Assembly (NCBI GenBank): GCA_030704615.1
Contig: CM060734.1
Coordinates: forward strand, 18,352,001 to 18,416,000
Length of the DNA stretch: 64,000 nt
From: Takakia lepidozioides
Taxonomy: Eukaryota > Plantae > Bryophyta
Direction: 5' to 3'
Below the pieces are notes generated by a model, which saw only the letters and a list, made by a program, of their open reading frames with translations, had not been told where the DNA came from and made no database searches. Within the stretch, counting starts at the first letter, position 1, and the number at the start of each line of letters is the position of its first letter. Made by a program: the position numbers and the translations under genes. Of this stretch, positions 37,401 to 50,000 are shown one piece after another.

Positions 37401-39805
37401 TGTGTTCTCTGTCACATGGGCAGTTCGATTGATTGCTTGATACAGCCTGTGTCTACAATAAGGTGCCACAGCCAATAGCTGTCCAATGGTAATCTCCGCT
37501 TTGGTCTGGCATATTACTTCAGCCAAAGTCCCTTCATTACTCTGCATGGCTGCAGCTTCTTTCTTCCTTTCATCCTCACTCACTTCTTCTTCTCCATCAG
37601 AATCAGAGGAATCTGCCATAGGAATATCAGTACTCTTCTGCATTTCCCTTATGGTATCTGCCACTTCCTTGTGCAGTTCCTTCTCATCTCTCCAAGCCTC
37701 ATCATCTTCAGGCACATCACTGCCATCTTCATTTTCATCATCTTCCTCATCTACTGGAGGTATTAGTTTGGCTTTGCTTCTCGTTACTATCATTGTACTT
37801 ACTTCTGGTACAACACATGGCCTAACCATGTGAGCTGCCACCACTGGGCCCTCATTCACATGAGCTCTCATCTCATTCTGGTGTCTAATCCAGAATGAAC
37901 AGGCTGCCTTGCAATGTCCTGCCTGATTACAATAGTGAGGAAGGGTGTATGGTGTGCAAAGTGCCAGAATGAAGGCCATACCACCACTGAATGCCACATG
38001 AAGGAGAAACACTGTACCATCTGTAAGATGGATAACCATTCTACTGAGAATTGTTACTACAACAGAAGGACAGCTGCAAGAGAACCTAGGCAAGTAAGGG
38101 TGCATCAAGTGCAGCCCCAACCAAGAAGAAACGGTGATCAGGACCACTATGGTAGGCCTGGTGGTTATAACAATGGAATGGAAGGGAGAGGTAATCCAAG
38201 AGGGAATTACCAAGGAAATTCCAGGGGCAACTATCAGGGTAATCCAAGGGGGAATTACCAGCCAGGGAATCAGGATTACAGAAATAATCCTAGAGCAGAC
38301 CAAGGGCAAGGACCCAATGGTGTCTGTGGCATACTTCTTCAAGATTTCTTCTAATCTTTTCTTATAGTTATCCCTCTTCAACTTCTCCTTTCTCTTACTC
38401 TTCATTTTCAGCTCTTGCTCTTCTTCCTCATCCAACTCATCCTCAGAGTCCTCATCATCCCTTTTCTCTCTCCTGAGCATTCCCAATTGCTCAATTCTGT
38501 TCGCTGTTTCAAATGCCTCCTCCACTGTATTATGGGGTAACATATCCACTTTCTTTTGCAACTCTGGTCTTAGTCCACTCACAAACCAAGTCTTCTATAA
38601 ACCTGGTGCTGGTACAGCAGCCAACTTTTTCATCATCAATTCCATTTTTTCCATATACTCCTCAACAGTTTCATGCTTCTTTTGCTTTAACTGTTGTAAA
38701 CTTCCATACACTTCATCCTCAGTTTTACTTGTCCTGAACCTATTTCGGAATGTTGTATTCAAGCCATTCCAGGTTAGGAAATGATTATCAGGGAATCTTG
38801 CATACCATTCACTTGTTTTCTTGATAAGTGAACAAGGAAACAATCTCATCTTGGCATCCTCGCCATTCTCATTGTTCACAATACACATGTGCTCAAATTG
38901 GCTAATGTGTACATCAGGATCCCCTTTTCTTGAATATATTGGAAAAGGTGGTTTTGCCCGTGTTGGTTGTAACGCCATCTGTGGCCCTACCCTCTACCCA
39001 CTGACAGATGTTGGCCCCCTTGCTGGTGCTGGTCCTTGAGGACCTGTTGTAGTTGTGGTGGATCTTCCACCAAGTGGTGGCCCCTGAGCACTCCCTGCTA
39101 CTGGCCCACGATATTCACAGTATTCCCAGCTCCAGTTGCACTACTTCCCACACTCCCTGCCCCCCCAGAGCCAGATCCAGGCTGCCCGCCTGATCCCCCT
39201 GAGCCGACACCTTCGTTGGCCTGTGATCCAAGTGCTCCACTTGATCCAGGTCCAACGGGTTGGGATGTCCTGGTTGTAGTCTCAACCTCAGCTGTTGGGT
39301 CTACTTCTTCATACTCTTCCTCTTCCAATTTCTTCTCTCTGTTTTCATCCTCCAAGTTCTGCCCTTGGGTTTCTTCTTCACTCATGTAACTCAACTGCAA
39401 TGGTGTTGGAGAGTCTGAACTCTCCGTTGGCTTTGCCACATTCTCTCCTCCTTCTTCACCTTCCGTTTCAGAAACTGGAGTTCCTGCTTTTGGTGTTCCA
39501 TGCCAACTCTTATCAAAGATTTCTGTCAAATCTTTTATCCAGGGATGTACCTCAGATCTTTCACCTCGTGATTGATCTTCTTCCCGTACCAATTCCCTTA
39601 ATCTTTCTTGCAAAGAAAAAGAAGGAATGGCATCCAACTCTAGTTCTTCCGGTATGGATGTACTCTCTGATCTTAATGGTGTGAGAGGTCCAGATGATTC
39701 CCCTATGTCTATTCCTCTCTCCCAAAGATATGGATAATTAGCTTTCAGATAACTTTCTCTTTTTGCTGAATATCTCTGGAGTCTAGCTTCTCTTTCATCA
39801 CGCAT
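37400..39805 (-). pseudogene. Gag, disrupted by a frameshift, a stop and an internal inversion
   Basis: ORFs 39098..39805, 38595..38978 and 37227..38582; the zinc-knuckle segment reads on the plus strand (37914..38354). Confidence 0.88.
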
Positions 39806-39826
39806 GTCCCATGTCTTTCATTTCTT

Positions 39827-40522
39827 TTAATGTGGCAATAACCAAAACTCTCTCTTGTAATATCTCTTGTATATGCCTGGGTTTCTTTCAAGCTTCAATG
39901 CACCCTTGGCTATACTAGAAGTCTCCGTTACCATATAACCATATGGCAAACAAGTCTGGAAAGCTGTTCTTGGTGTGAGTTTGATCCACAAAATATCCTT
40001 TGGAATCCAATTCTTTACCAGTACAAGCTCTTCATGCATATGAGTATAAACATTCACCTTCCTTTCCTCCCAGCCTTCAAACTCTACTCGCTCAATGGAT
40101 AGCAATGCCATCACATAAACCAGTGTTGGTAACCAACGTGCTCTTCCTCTATAGGCCACCTGATAAATCTTTATCACTCCTTTCTCCAGACCCCACTCGG
40201 GGTCAGCATCATGCACTCTTTTAAGAATGTTTTCTTTACAACCGTCTGGCAATTCCAAGAACCTCTGAAAGAATCGTTTGGACAATCTTTCCTTCTCAGT
40301 TTCACACGGAATTTGATTCACATCAAATTCTTTAATTCTCCAACCACCATGATCCCACCAGATGTCTGTCACATCTGGCTGTTCATGACCCAGTTCCCCA
40401 GTATGGTCGCCAAATGTCGAACGGCTTTTACTCACCCATCCCTTCGCTATCCGAGGTGGGAACTCCAAGATAGAAGAGTTGAATATCTCCAAGCACTCAG
40501 CCCGCTCAGAACAATCAGTCAT
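39827..40522 (-). CDS. Extra 5' ORF upstream of gag, function unknown
   Basis: 231 open codons ending 21 nt before the gag ATG; position analogous to Ogre ORF1; no recognisable motif. Confidence 0.45.
   Translation of the reverse strand: MTDCSERAECLEIFNSSILEFPPRIAKGWVSKSRSTFGDHTGELGHEQPDVTDIWWDHGGWRIKEFDVNQIPCETEKERLSKRFFQRFLELPDGCKENILKRVHDADPEWGLEKGVIKIYQVAYRGRARWLPTLVYVMALLSIERVEFEGWEERKVNVYTHMHEELVLVKNWIPKDILWIKLTPRTAFQTCLPYGYMVTETSSIAKGALKLERNPGIYKRYYKREFWLLPH
40395..40412 (-). promoter_or_regulatory. Primer-binding site, probably tRNA-Arg type
   Basis: TGGCGACCATACTGGGGA, 2 nt from the LTR; the same sequence is at 46106-46123. tRNA identity inferred from resemblance to Tat/Ogre PBSs. 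Confidence 0.8.
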
Positions 40523-41336
40523 GACCTACAACTAGTGTATCATGGGAGTGATTCCTGTTTGTATTCATTCTTGCCTTCATGGCAGCTAATTACCTTATTG
40601 TTTATATTCAAGCATCAGATTGCTTTAGCAAACTACCAGGTTCCAGTCACTCATCCATTCATTCCACAGCTTCACTCAGATCTCTCTACACAGTGTGAGT
40701 ATGAAATGTGTATCAAATTAAGATCTATCAAGTATCAGGCTGAAGCCATAGTGTCCCTAATCTACCCTACAGTATATCTCTACAGCTTGCATGTAATAAA
40801 CCTCCATCAAGTCATCATCTCCTCTTCTGTGTAATCGTCATCCCTGTGCTCCAAGATCGTGCCCCCCCCCTGATGTCTAAGAAGTGATCCCCCAAGAAGT
40901 CCCCGCTCTTCGCTTTATCTACCTACAAGTTGTTCTAACCGCCTTGCTCGCTAACCGTCACCCCTTAAGTAACATATTCCCTCTGCAGATGTCGTTCCCA
41001 CACAGTCGTGCCCTGTCCATGTTAACCGTTCCCCCTGTACTGTGACAACTTTGCAAAACTGCGTTGGGATGTGTGAAATTGTGACGAGCTGTGACTGGCT
41101 GTGTCAGGCTATGTCGGGCTGTGACTGAGTGTGATTGGCTATGACGGGCTGTGACGGGCTGTGAGGGTTGTGCCGGCTGTGTCGGGCTGTATCGGGTTGT
41201 GTCGGGCTGTGTAAACCCCCCCCCTAAAGCCCGCTGTTGTTACCCCTAAGGCTCCTGTTGGTCTCAGTCTGTGTAAAAATTAAGGGTACCCCATAGAACC
41301 CGTAAAAGCGTTAAAGTCCCAAGCAGCCCTCAAACA
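40415..41336 (-). repeat. 5' LTR (922 bp)
   Basis: TGTCGAAC...CTCAAACA; shorter than the 3' LTR because it has fewer minisatellite units. Confidence 0.93.
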
Positions 41337-41341
41337 AAAGG

Positions 41342-44300
41342 CCAAAGCCATGAGATATCAGCCTCCTCTCCCGCCATGACCACGGTGTGGAGCAAGCAAC
41401 TCCTTCATAAGGTAAGATCTTCTCCAGCAAAAATATGTTGGCTAATTGGGCATGGAGAGTAAGGCATCCTTGAAGGTACCTGAGATAAGCATAGAACATC
41501 TATAGGGCTTATGAATGCTGAAATTTTGATCTAGGCCTCGGTAAGACAGCTTGCTGGAGTAGACGTGTACACCTTATACATGATCCGGTCAATGCACATT
41601 ACTCTTGTTTGCCGGTCCCCTGTAGCCGATGCCTTATGTCAGATTTAGATACCTTATGATAAGAATGAGTTCCATTTCTTTGGCTCAAATGTTTCTATGT
41701 TTCTCCTGGTTATGGCTTTGCTCTTTATAGCACCATAAAAAATACCCAATTATGATATGCTGCTGGTAGATGTTTTGTCTGAATATAACTAGGTGGTAAA
41801 CCCCTACCAGACTTCATTACCTAAGTCCCAATACCTGCCCCCTTTGATTTTGTACACATGTTTTACCCAAAACAAGGGGTGGGTAAACACTAAAAGTTTG
41901 ATATAAGATTTCCCGATTGTTACTTTATGACAATCATTAGGGCGACTATCTCTTGTTCCCTATGGCATACTGATGTGACAATGGAGCAATGATATGACAA
42001 GCTGATGGCTTTAAAGAGATCTGGTAACATGCTACAATGTAGGGCAGACCTGTTTTCATGACTAGACAGTGTTCTTGAATGTACAAGCATTGGAAACTTA
42101 GCCTCTTTTAGAAGCCGGTTACTCTAGGACACTTGATACCATGCCAAACTGATATGGATGGATCTTTTGTGGCCAAACCTGGTCCTTGGTTATATGCCCT
42201 TGAATGTTTAACTATTTTCCAAAACGGTAAGACATTGGTAGATGTGAAGAGAATGATTCAGGCATTGTATTCAAGTTGCTTTAGGATAGATAATACCAAA
42301 GTAACCTGCAGGCCTGATGGGATGAGCAATTCAGATTCTTTGTGTTTCCTATGGATGATTGCATGGCATGTAAATCTGATTACAGCCTGTTATGGTAATG
42401 ATTTCCCTTCCCCAGACATAGAACTTGGTCTTGGGGCATGGAATAAGAGGTGGGAATATTACTCTACCCTGTCATTGAAATTACACACCAGCCCCAGATC
42501 TAAAACAGATCAGGGGGCAAAAAACATGGTGTCAATAAGTGACTTGATGTGCAAAATAGGGCAGCTGATTACCCCCTGTTGTATAAGCTGCCAAATATCA
42601 GTCTGTAACCCTGCTTTGGTGATGTTCTTTATGTAAAGAAATGCTCTTATTTTGTTCTTAAGCCTTCTATGATCATAAATGGCTTCTTTAAGACAAACAG
42701 ACATTTCCAGCCATGAACAGTGATCAATGGATCTTTATTTGGACATGGATACTTACTGCTCAGTCACTTTGGTATGTCCCATGATACAAAGAACCCAAAA
42801 CTATACTAGTTTTTGGGCCAACGATAAATTAGGATGGTTGGTTATGCCTTGGTATGTAAGCTGACCAAAAAATACAGACTGAATGACATGGCATGTCATG
42901 AATGGCACTTTTTAGCATGCTGAACAACGGTTTCCTGCTATGAACAGTGGTAATCGAGTCTCTAATTTTTCCCACCCCCCCCACCCAGAGACTTCATTGA
43001 CTTGAAGTCTGGGATTTGTCATAAAGCTGACTTGTGAATGAAGAATGGTTGATAATGAGGCCGATTTGTTGTTAATTTTACAATGACCTTGTCAGGTCTT
43101 TGTCCATGTCTCGACGAGACATAAGTATCTTCCCTCTCTGATTTAGACCAGTGTACTTGGTGGTTCTTGTACACATTATCAACCAATCTCCCTTTTGTTT
43201 TCAGTTTTATGTTTGATTTACTAACACCTTGGTCTGAGCATGACAAAAGGTTATCAAATATGTTCCTGATTGAAGCGATGAACCCAAGGCAATGGGAAGG
43301 CCAAAGCCATGAGATATCAGCCTCCTCTCCCGCCATGACCACGGTGTGGAGCATGCAACTCCTTCATAAGGTAAGATCTTCTCCAGCAAAAATATGTTGG
43401 CTAATTGGGCATGGAGAGTAAGGCATCCTTGAAGGTACCTGAGATAAGCATAGAACATCTATAGGGCTTATGAATGCTGAAATTTTGAGCTAGGCCTCGG
43501 TAAGACAGCTTGCTGGAGTAGACGTGTACACCTTATACATGATCCGGTCAATGCACATTACTCTTGTTTGCCGGTCCCCTGTAGCCGATGCCTTATGTCA
43601 GATTTAGATACCTTATGATAAGAATGAGTTCCATTTCTTTGGCTCAAATGTTTCTATGTTTCTCCTGGTTATGGCTTTGCTCTTTATAGCACCATAAAAA
43701 ATACCCAATTATGATATGCTGCTGGTAGATGTTTTGTCTGAATATAACCAGGTGACTTTTTTTAAATTTTTTGGGGGTTATATAACAATAGATTCCAAAT
43801 TGGAAAATCATATTTTAAGGGAGGGAGAGGGAGAGAGAGAAAGGGAACCCACCATCCAAACCCCTGGCATGGCAGTCCCTTACGGAGTGAGTGTGGTATG
43901 CACTCACCCCGTAAGGGAGTGCATACCAGACCCATTCTCGTAAAGCTCTCCCTCTACATTGTAGTTTTATCCGTGGACTTTAAATACCAAAAGGATAAAA
44001 GACTTACAATCTCTCCTCCTAGACCAAGAATGAACAATGGTGAAGCATAAATCATGCTAGGCAAAACAGAGTATTGATCAGTTTCTAGGTTACCTTTTAG
44101 CTTGTCAACGTAGCCTTCACACAAGTGGACAGGCGTGAGCATAGAAATTATAAGTGTTCTTTAGCCAATGGCAGCAAATTGTTGCACATCATTTCACCCT
44201 ATTAGCCAAATTTAACCATGGAAGGATCCTTGTTCGAGGAACCTTATCATGATGTGAGTCAACTTACTGGTTTCAAAATCAATTTTCCAAGGGTATGAAT

Positions 44301-46070
44301 CAGTACGTGACACTCTTTCCACGCTGTATCAACGCTGCTGGAAAGATACATAATGGGAGAAGCCAGTGAAATCACCACATTGGTATGACTGATTCACCGG
44401 TCTATTCCAGCCATATATTACACTTGGGCAATTTTTAGTGGTGCTACAAAGGGCGAGGCCACATACAAGAGAAGCATAAAAGCATATGAGCCAGTAGGTA
44501 TCTAAAAGTGACATGAGGCATCGGCTATAGGGGACAAGCTAAACGAGCTAATGTACATTGACCGGATCATGTAGAAGGTGTACACATATACTCGATTATG
44601 CTGTCTGACCAGGGCCTAGCTCACAATATCAGCTTTCAGGTCTACCTTAGAAACTCTGTGCTTATGATGCCTTTCTCTCCAAGCTCAAATCACCAACAAA
44701 CTCTTGTTGGACACCTGGATCATACCTTACTCGTATTCCATGGCTTTGAGCCCATTACTCCAATCTGGAGTGCCCCCTTGCTAGAACTCCCTTGGCTTTG
44801 AGTTTATCACTCCAGTTCCGAGTGTACTTGCTACCCTTCTCTCAAAGCCAAAGAAAGGTTAGTACCTCAACATGAGAAAGATGGAACAAGAAAGGAGAGG
44901 GGTAGATGGTGTGTACAAGTACACTGGTCAATAGAAGAGAGGGAAGATATTAATGCCATGTCAAGACGCATACAAGACCAGTAGGGTCATTGTCAATTAA
45001 AAGACATCATCAGCCCTTTACATGGCACCATCTAACACCTCCTTCCATGCACATCTCCTCAAATGATTGAACTGTAGATTTCAGAGTACATGAAATCTCA
45101 GGGTGGGAGGGTGGGGTTTTTTATTTTTATTTTTTAGAGGCCATTCATCATTGAAAGAGACCATCAACCCCCTTGCTTTATACCATTTGCAGCAGCTCAG
45201 TTGGATCTGAGAGGGCTGCCTGATAAAGTCTTCAATTCAAAGTCTTCATTTCATAAGAAAACAGTCCTATGTCATGAGCAGTTATGAAATAGTTTCCAGC
45301 ATCAGCTTACATACCTTGTAGGCATGACATAACCACTAGACATACACATGTGTTAAGAGCTTGCAAACAAGGTAGGTGTCGAAGAAATCCGTCACCATAG
45401 ATTCATGCCCTTGAGTCTCAAACAATTGAAGTAAGAATCTTTTCAATGCCTTACCCATATGAACTTGTATCAAGTGTCTTTTTGAGCAAAGAGTAATTTG
45501 AACATACCAGTTTTGTATGTTATAGACCTTCTTAAGCCTGGATTCGGTTTTCCAGAACTTAGTAGCATGGACAAGAATCAGATTAACATCATGCATTTAC
45601 ATGAGAATATCTGCACTCTAAGATCCATCATCATAGATTCTGCCCTTTAAAGCTGAGGCTTAAACAGTTATGCAATTTCAAGTCTGGAGATCTAAGCCAG
45701 AACAAATGAAGTGGCCCTGCTTACTGCCCCATGACCAGGTTTAAGTCTGGAGCTAGACAATGTATCACAACATAGCGATACCAAGGCCATAGCATAACTA
45801 AGGCATGCTTAAGAAACCACACACAAAACCAGTCTGCAAATGCTTAAAGGAGCATTAATAGAATGTCTGATTCCTAAAAAGCTCTTCGGATGTGCTGCTC
45901 AGCAATTTTTAAGCTACAACAGTATAACAAGCACTGTTTACTACCCCATAAACACTTTACAAGTCTGGATATAGTGTTCCAGAACCCTAGCATGTTGTTT
46001 TCAGTGCATCACAAGAACTTTCAAAGCATTGCCAAGGTAAAAAATAAAGTCAGGCGTTTCATGCTATTGT
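41342..46070. repeat. Non-coding repeat family: rest of unit 2, unit 3 (41790-43755), a hairpin module (43800-44310) and an inverted diverged unit (about 44440-46070)
   Basis: Direct identity to 26730-28232; 44515-44595 is the reverse complement of 43515-43597 (gtgtacacct...gatccggtcaatg...gccgatgcct). Confidence 0.8.
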
Positions 46071-46077
46071 TGTTCCT

Positions 46078-47026
46078 TGTCACATCTGGTTGTTCTTGAC
46101 TCAGTTCCCCAGTATGGTCGCCAAATGTCGAGCGGCTTTTACTCACCCATCCCTTTGCTATCCGAGGTGGGAACTCCAAGATAGAAGAGTTGGATATCTC
46201 TAAGCACTCAGCCGCTCAGAACAATCAGTCATGACCTACAACTAGTTTGGGACTGCTTCCTGTTTGTATTCTTTCTTGCCTTCATGTCAGCAAGCTACCT
46301 TATTGTTTATATTTAAGTGTCAGATTGCTTCAGCAATCTACCAGGTTCCAATCACTCATCCATACATTCCACAGCTTCACTCAGATCTCTCTACATAGTG
46401 TGAGTATGGAATGTGTATCAGATTAAGATCTATCAAGTATCAGGCCGAAGCCATGGTGTCCCTAGTCTGCTCTACAGTATAACTCTAAAGCTTGCATGAA
46501 TCAATCATCAAAAGTTCGTGTCTCCTCCTCCACTGTGCTCTCCATTCCTCAGCTCCAGATCGCCGTCTCTCCCCAATGGCCAAGTCGTGATGCCCGAAGT
46601 CTTCTCGAAGAAGTCCCCCCCTCCTGTTGCCACTATGCCTATTTGACCTGCAAGCTATTCTAACTGCCTAACTAACTAATTGCCATCCAGACAGAATGTA
46701 CATTCCCTCTGTAGATGTCGTTCCCACACAATCGTTCCCTGCCATGATAACCGTTCCATGTGAATGTTGTGACGGCTGTGTCAAACTGTGAATGCTGTGA
46801 CTGTGCCGAGCTGTGACTGGCAGTGTCGGACTATGTCGGGCTGTGACGGGCTGTGTAAAGCTGCGTCGGGCTGTGGTTAACTGTGTCGGGCTGTGTCGAG
46901 CTGTGATAGACTGTGATAGGTTGTGTAAGGCTGTGACAAGCTGTGTCAAGCTGTGTCTAACTGTGTAAGACTATGACTGACTGTGTAAGCCTGTCTACCA
47001 CCCCTAAGGCCTGTGTTGGACTAAGT
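46078..47026 (-). mobile_element. Remnant PBS and 5' LTR of a diverged member of the 28233-41336 family
   Basis: tccccagtatggtcgccaaa|tgtcg with the LTR starting at 46126; GGCTGTG array at 46770-46990; far end truncated. Confidence 0.88.
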
Positions 47027-47049
47027 CTACCATCCGTAAGTTTGCGCAA

Positions 47050-50000
47050 CAGCTCAGCCGCCATCGCCATCCTCCAGAGAAAACAAGCACGAGTATGGTG
47101 CCGTGCTTAGGGCAGAGATGCGGTTAGCAAACCATCCCGTGATTTCATCCACGGGGATGAAATTTTGCACTTCATTAGAGTTACATCCTCTTAGGTTTAC
47201 ATCCGTTAGGGTTCCATCCAAAATGGATGTAATCCGTCATGGATGAAAAATTGCAGGCTACATCCTTAGTGGTAAAGCTCAAGACCATAATTCATCCAGT
47301 TAGGGATTATACTTGGCATATTTTTCATCCGGTATGGATGAAATTCAAAACATATTCCATTAGGGATTAGAAAGAAGGTATTTCCAAACCAGGTAGGCTT
47401 AGGAAAAAAATTGTTAATCATTGGAGAGAGGGAGAGAGAGGGAGAGAGGGGGGGCGCCCACCATCCAACCCCTGGTATGGCAGTCCCTTATGGAGTGAGT
47501 GTGGTATGCACTCACCCCGTAAGGGAGTGCATACCAGATCCATTCTCATAAGGCTTTCCCTCTACAATGTAGTTCTATCCTTGGACTTGAATACCAGAAA
47601 GATAAAAGGTCTACATTCTCTCTGCCCTCAGATCACGAGTGAACATTGGCAAAGCATAAATCAAACTTGGCAAGAATATAGAGTCATGTGTTTTCCATGT
47701 TACCTCTTATCTTGTCAACAAGCTCTTGTAAAGTAGTAGACGCCAAGGAAGGATCTCCGTGCGATGTAGTTTTATCTTTGGTTAAAAAGCTAGAGTCTCT
47801 GCTTCCCAAGTCAAGAGAAAATATGCACAAAACATTCATATAGCTGGGCACGCAAATAGTTCAGACATACATAGGGGCTGGTTTGACTTATCAAACTAGC
47901 CTTTTGGAATACCCTTTGAGCTGGTGTTGTCTATAAAGTTCTGATTATGCTCATTGTAGCATTCCACTCTGATTGAGTTTTGGAGAGATGATTGGAAAAC
48001 CAGATCCAGACCTTTGTGCATTCATGGAACATAGACATAGCATCTTGGCTGGTCTACATTATCAGGCTGGGCTCTTGGAATTGCAACATCTGCAACTCGT
48101 TCTTAAAGGTTCAAGTGTTTATGCTGATCTGGTATGTACCAAAGGTGGTGTTTGTCCCGATTGTTTTATAAGAAAAACAAGACTCCTTCAATGATGAATG
48201 ACATCTGAATCTAGGGTGATGGTTGTCTTGGAAATCTCACCCTCCCACCCTAATTTTTCATGTGTTCTTAGGAAGATGACATGAGTTTTTATCAGGTAAG
48301 ATACTGCCTATGGAAGGTGAAGTTAGATAGTGGCTTGTTATGAGGCTGATTTGTCGTTAATTTGACAAAGACCTTGTTTGGTCTCGTCCATGTCCCGACA
48401 AGACATAGTATCTTCCCTCTCTATTCTTGACCAGTGTACTTAGTGGTTTCTTTATACACACTCTCTCTCTCTCACCTGCCATTTTCCAGTTTTCTTACTA
48501 TGATGTACTAACACCTTTAATGGCTTTTGCAGAGGTCTAGGAAAGCCATGGGGTATCAGCCCCCTATACCTCCATAACAATAGTGTGGAGCAACAAATCC
48601 CTCATAAGGTATGATGATCCTCTCCAACAAAAATTTGTTGGCGGATTGGACAACGAGAGAAATGCATTGCTGATATTACTTGAAGAACATCTAAGGGTTT
48701 CGTGCATACTGATATTATGAGCTAGGCCCGGGTAAAACAGCCTGTTAGAGTATGTGTGTACACCTTCTATATGATCCGGTCAATGCACATTACTCCTGAT
48801 AACTGGTAACCTGTAGTTGATGTCTTATGTCAGCATCAGATCCCTTATGATGAAAAGCCTTCCCTACTCGTGGGCTTTAATACTTCTCGTGGATGTGGGT
48901 TTGCTCTTTATAACACCACTAAAAAAATGCGCATGTGTAACATGATATGTCATTTTTCATACTTCAAGGAAATCTGGTTTTAAAACCATAAAGCTGGCTG
49001 ATATGATGAAAAGATGGGCAATAGATTGCTGCCAATGTTCTTATTCACATGTTCATGTTGTGAATCACGAGCAGTAGACTACTGCCACTGGCTGAAGAAC
49101 ACAGCCCAACAAGACCACTGCCTGGTATTCTTCCAAGTCAAGTACAGCTTGGTACTTTCCAAGTTAACATGGTAAAACTGAACCTGTTTCAAATTCAAAG
49201 GATGGTTCCAATGACATCGCTTGGCAACCTTAAAACAGGTGTTATGTAATCTGAAAAGCCCATCACGCCAGCTGCTTGGTAATCTCTAAGTTAAAATAGT
49301 GTAACCAGGGCTGTTTTAAATTTAGAACTCTGACCTCAATGTTCAAAAAGTACCGCTTGGTACTTACCGTGTTAAATCAGCATAAGAAGGCCTATCTTAA
49401 GCATCATTGGATAGCCTTATAATGTCTCGAGATGGTACTCCAGCAGCATATCAAAATGCAGCCGAAGCTCAGACTGGTATCATGCCAGAAAACTGATTTA
49501 CAATCAGGTTGAAAACCCCACTAATATGGTGCCAAAGTTCATACCAGAAAATTGACTTATAATCAGGTTACAACCCATAAAAACCAAACAGGATTAAGGT
49601 TGAGAGGCTGAATCGTATCAGATGCCCCACTGAAGCAGTATGTAGCGTTCACCATCGCCAAGTCATTTGATCATCTGCAAACTGAAAAAATACACATCAA
49701 GTGAAGACCCTCACCTGTGCCCGTCCCAAAAACCATCACATCAAGATGTGTGTTAGTGAGGATGCACGAGGTGAGTAGCAGGTCTTCACAGTTGCTATCC
49801 ATGTCCAACATGCATTCTACAGTGAGCAAATTGATCAAAAGTAAAACATAGATGCGACACCACAAAGAACTTTAATCGTTTGTGGAGTGGGACGTTGCGG
49901 CATTCAACACCTGAATCTCAAGAGATCACAGCAGAATGCAACAAATTGGGATACTTGAGGACAAATTGCATATTTACAAAGTGCATGATACTTCCCCCAT

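Larger units (their letters stand above)
28233..41336 (-). mobile_element. Full-length 13.1-kb non-chromovirus Ty3/Gypsy element (Athila/Tat-grade) with extra 5' and 3' ORFs
   Basis: Two TG...CA LTRs, PBS and PPT; 5-bp TSD GAAGG (28228-28232) / AAAGG (41337-41341); the empty site GCAATGGGAAGGCCAAAGCC is seen in paralogous repeat units near 26068 and 43289. Confidence 0.95.

Noticed and set aside
42133-42636. 167-aa ORF in the non-coding repeat
   Set aside because: The near-identical paralog at about 27070-27570 has stops, and there is no recognisable domain.
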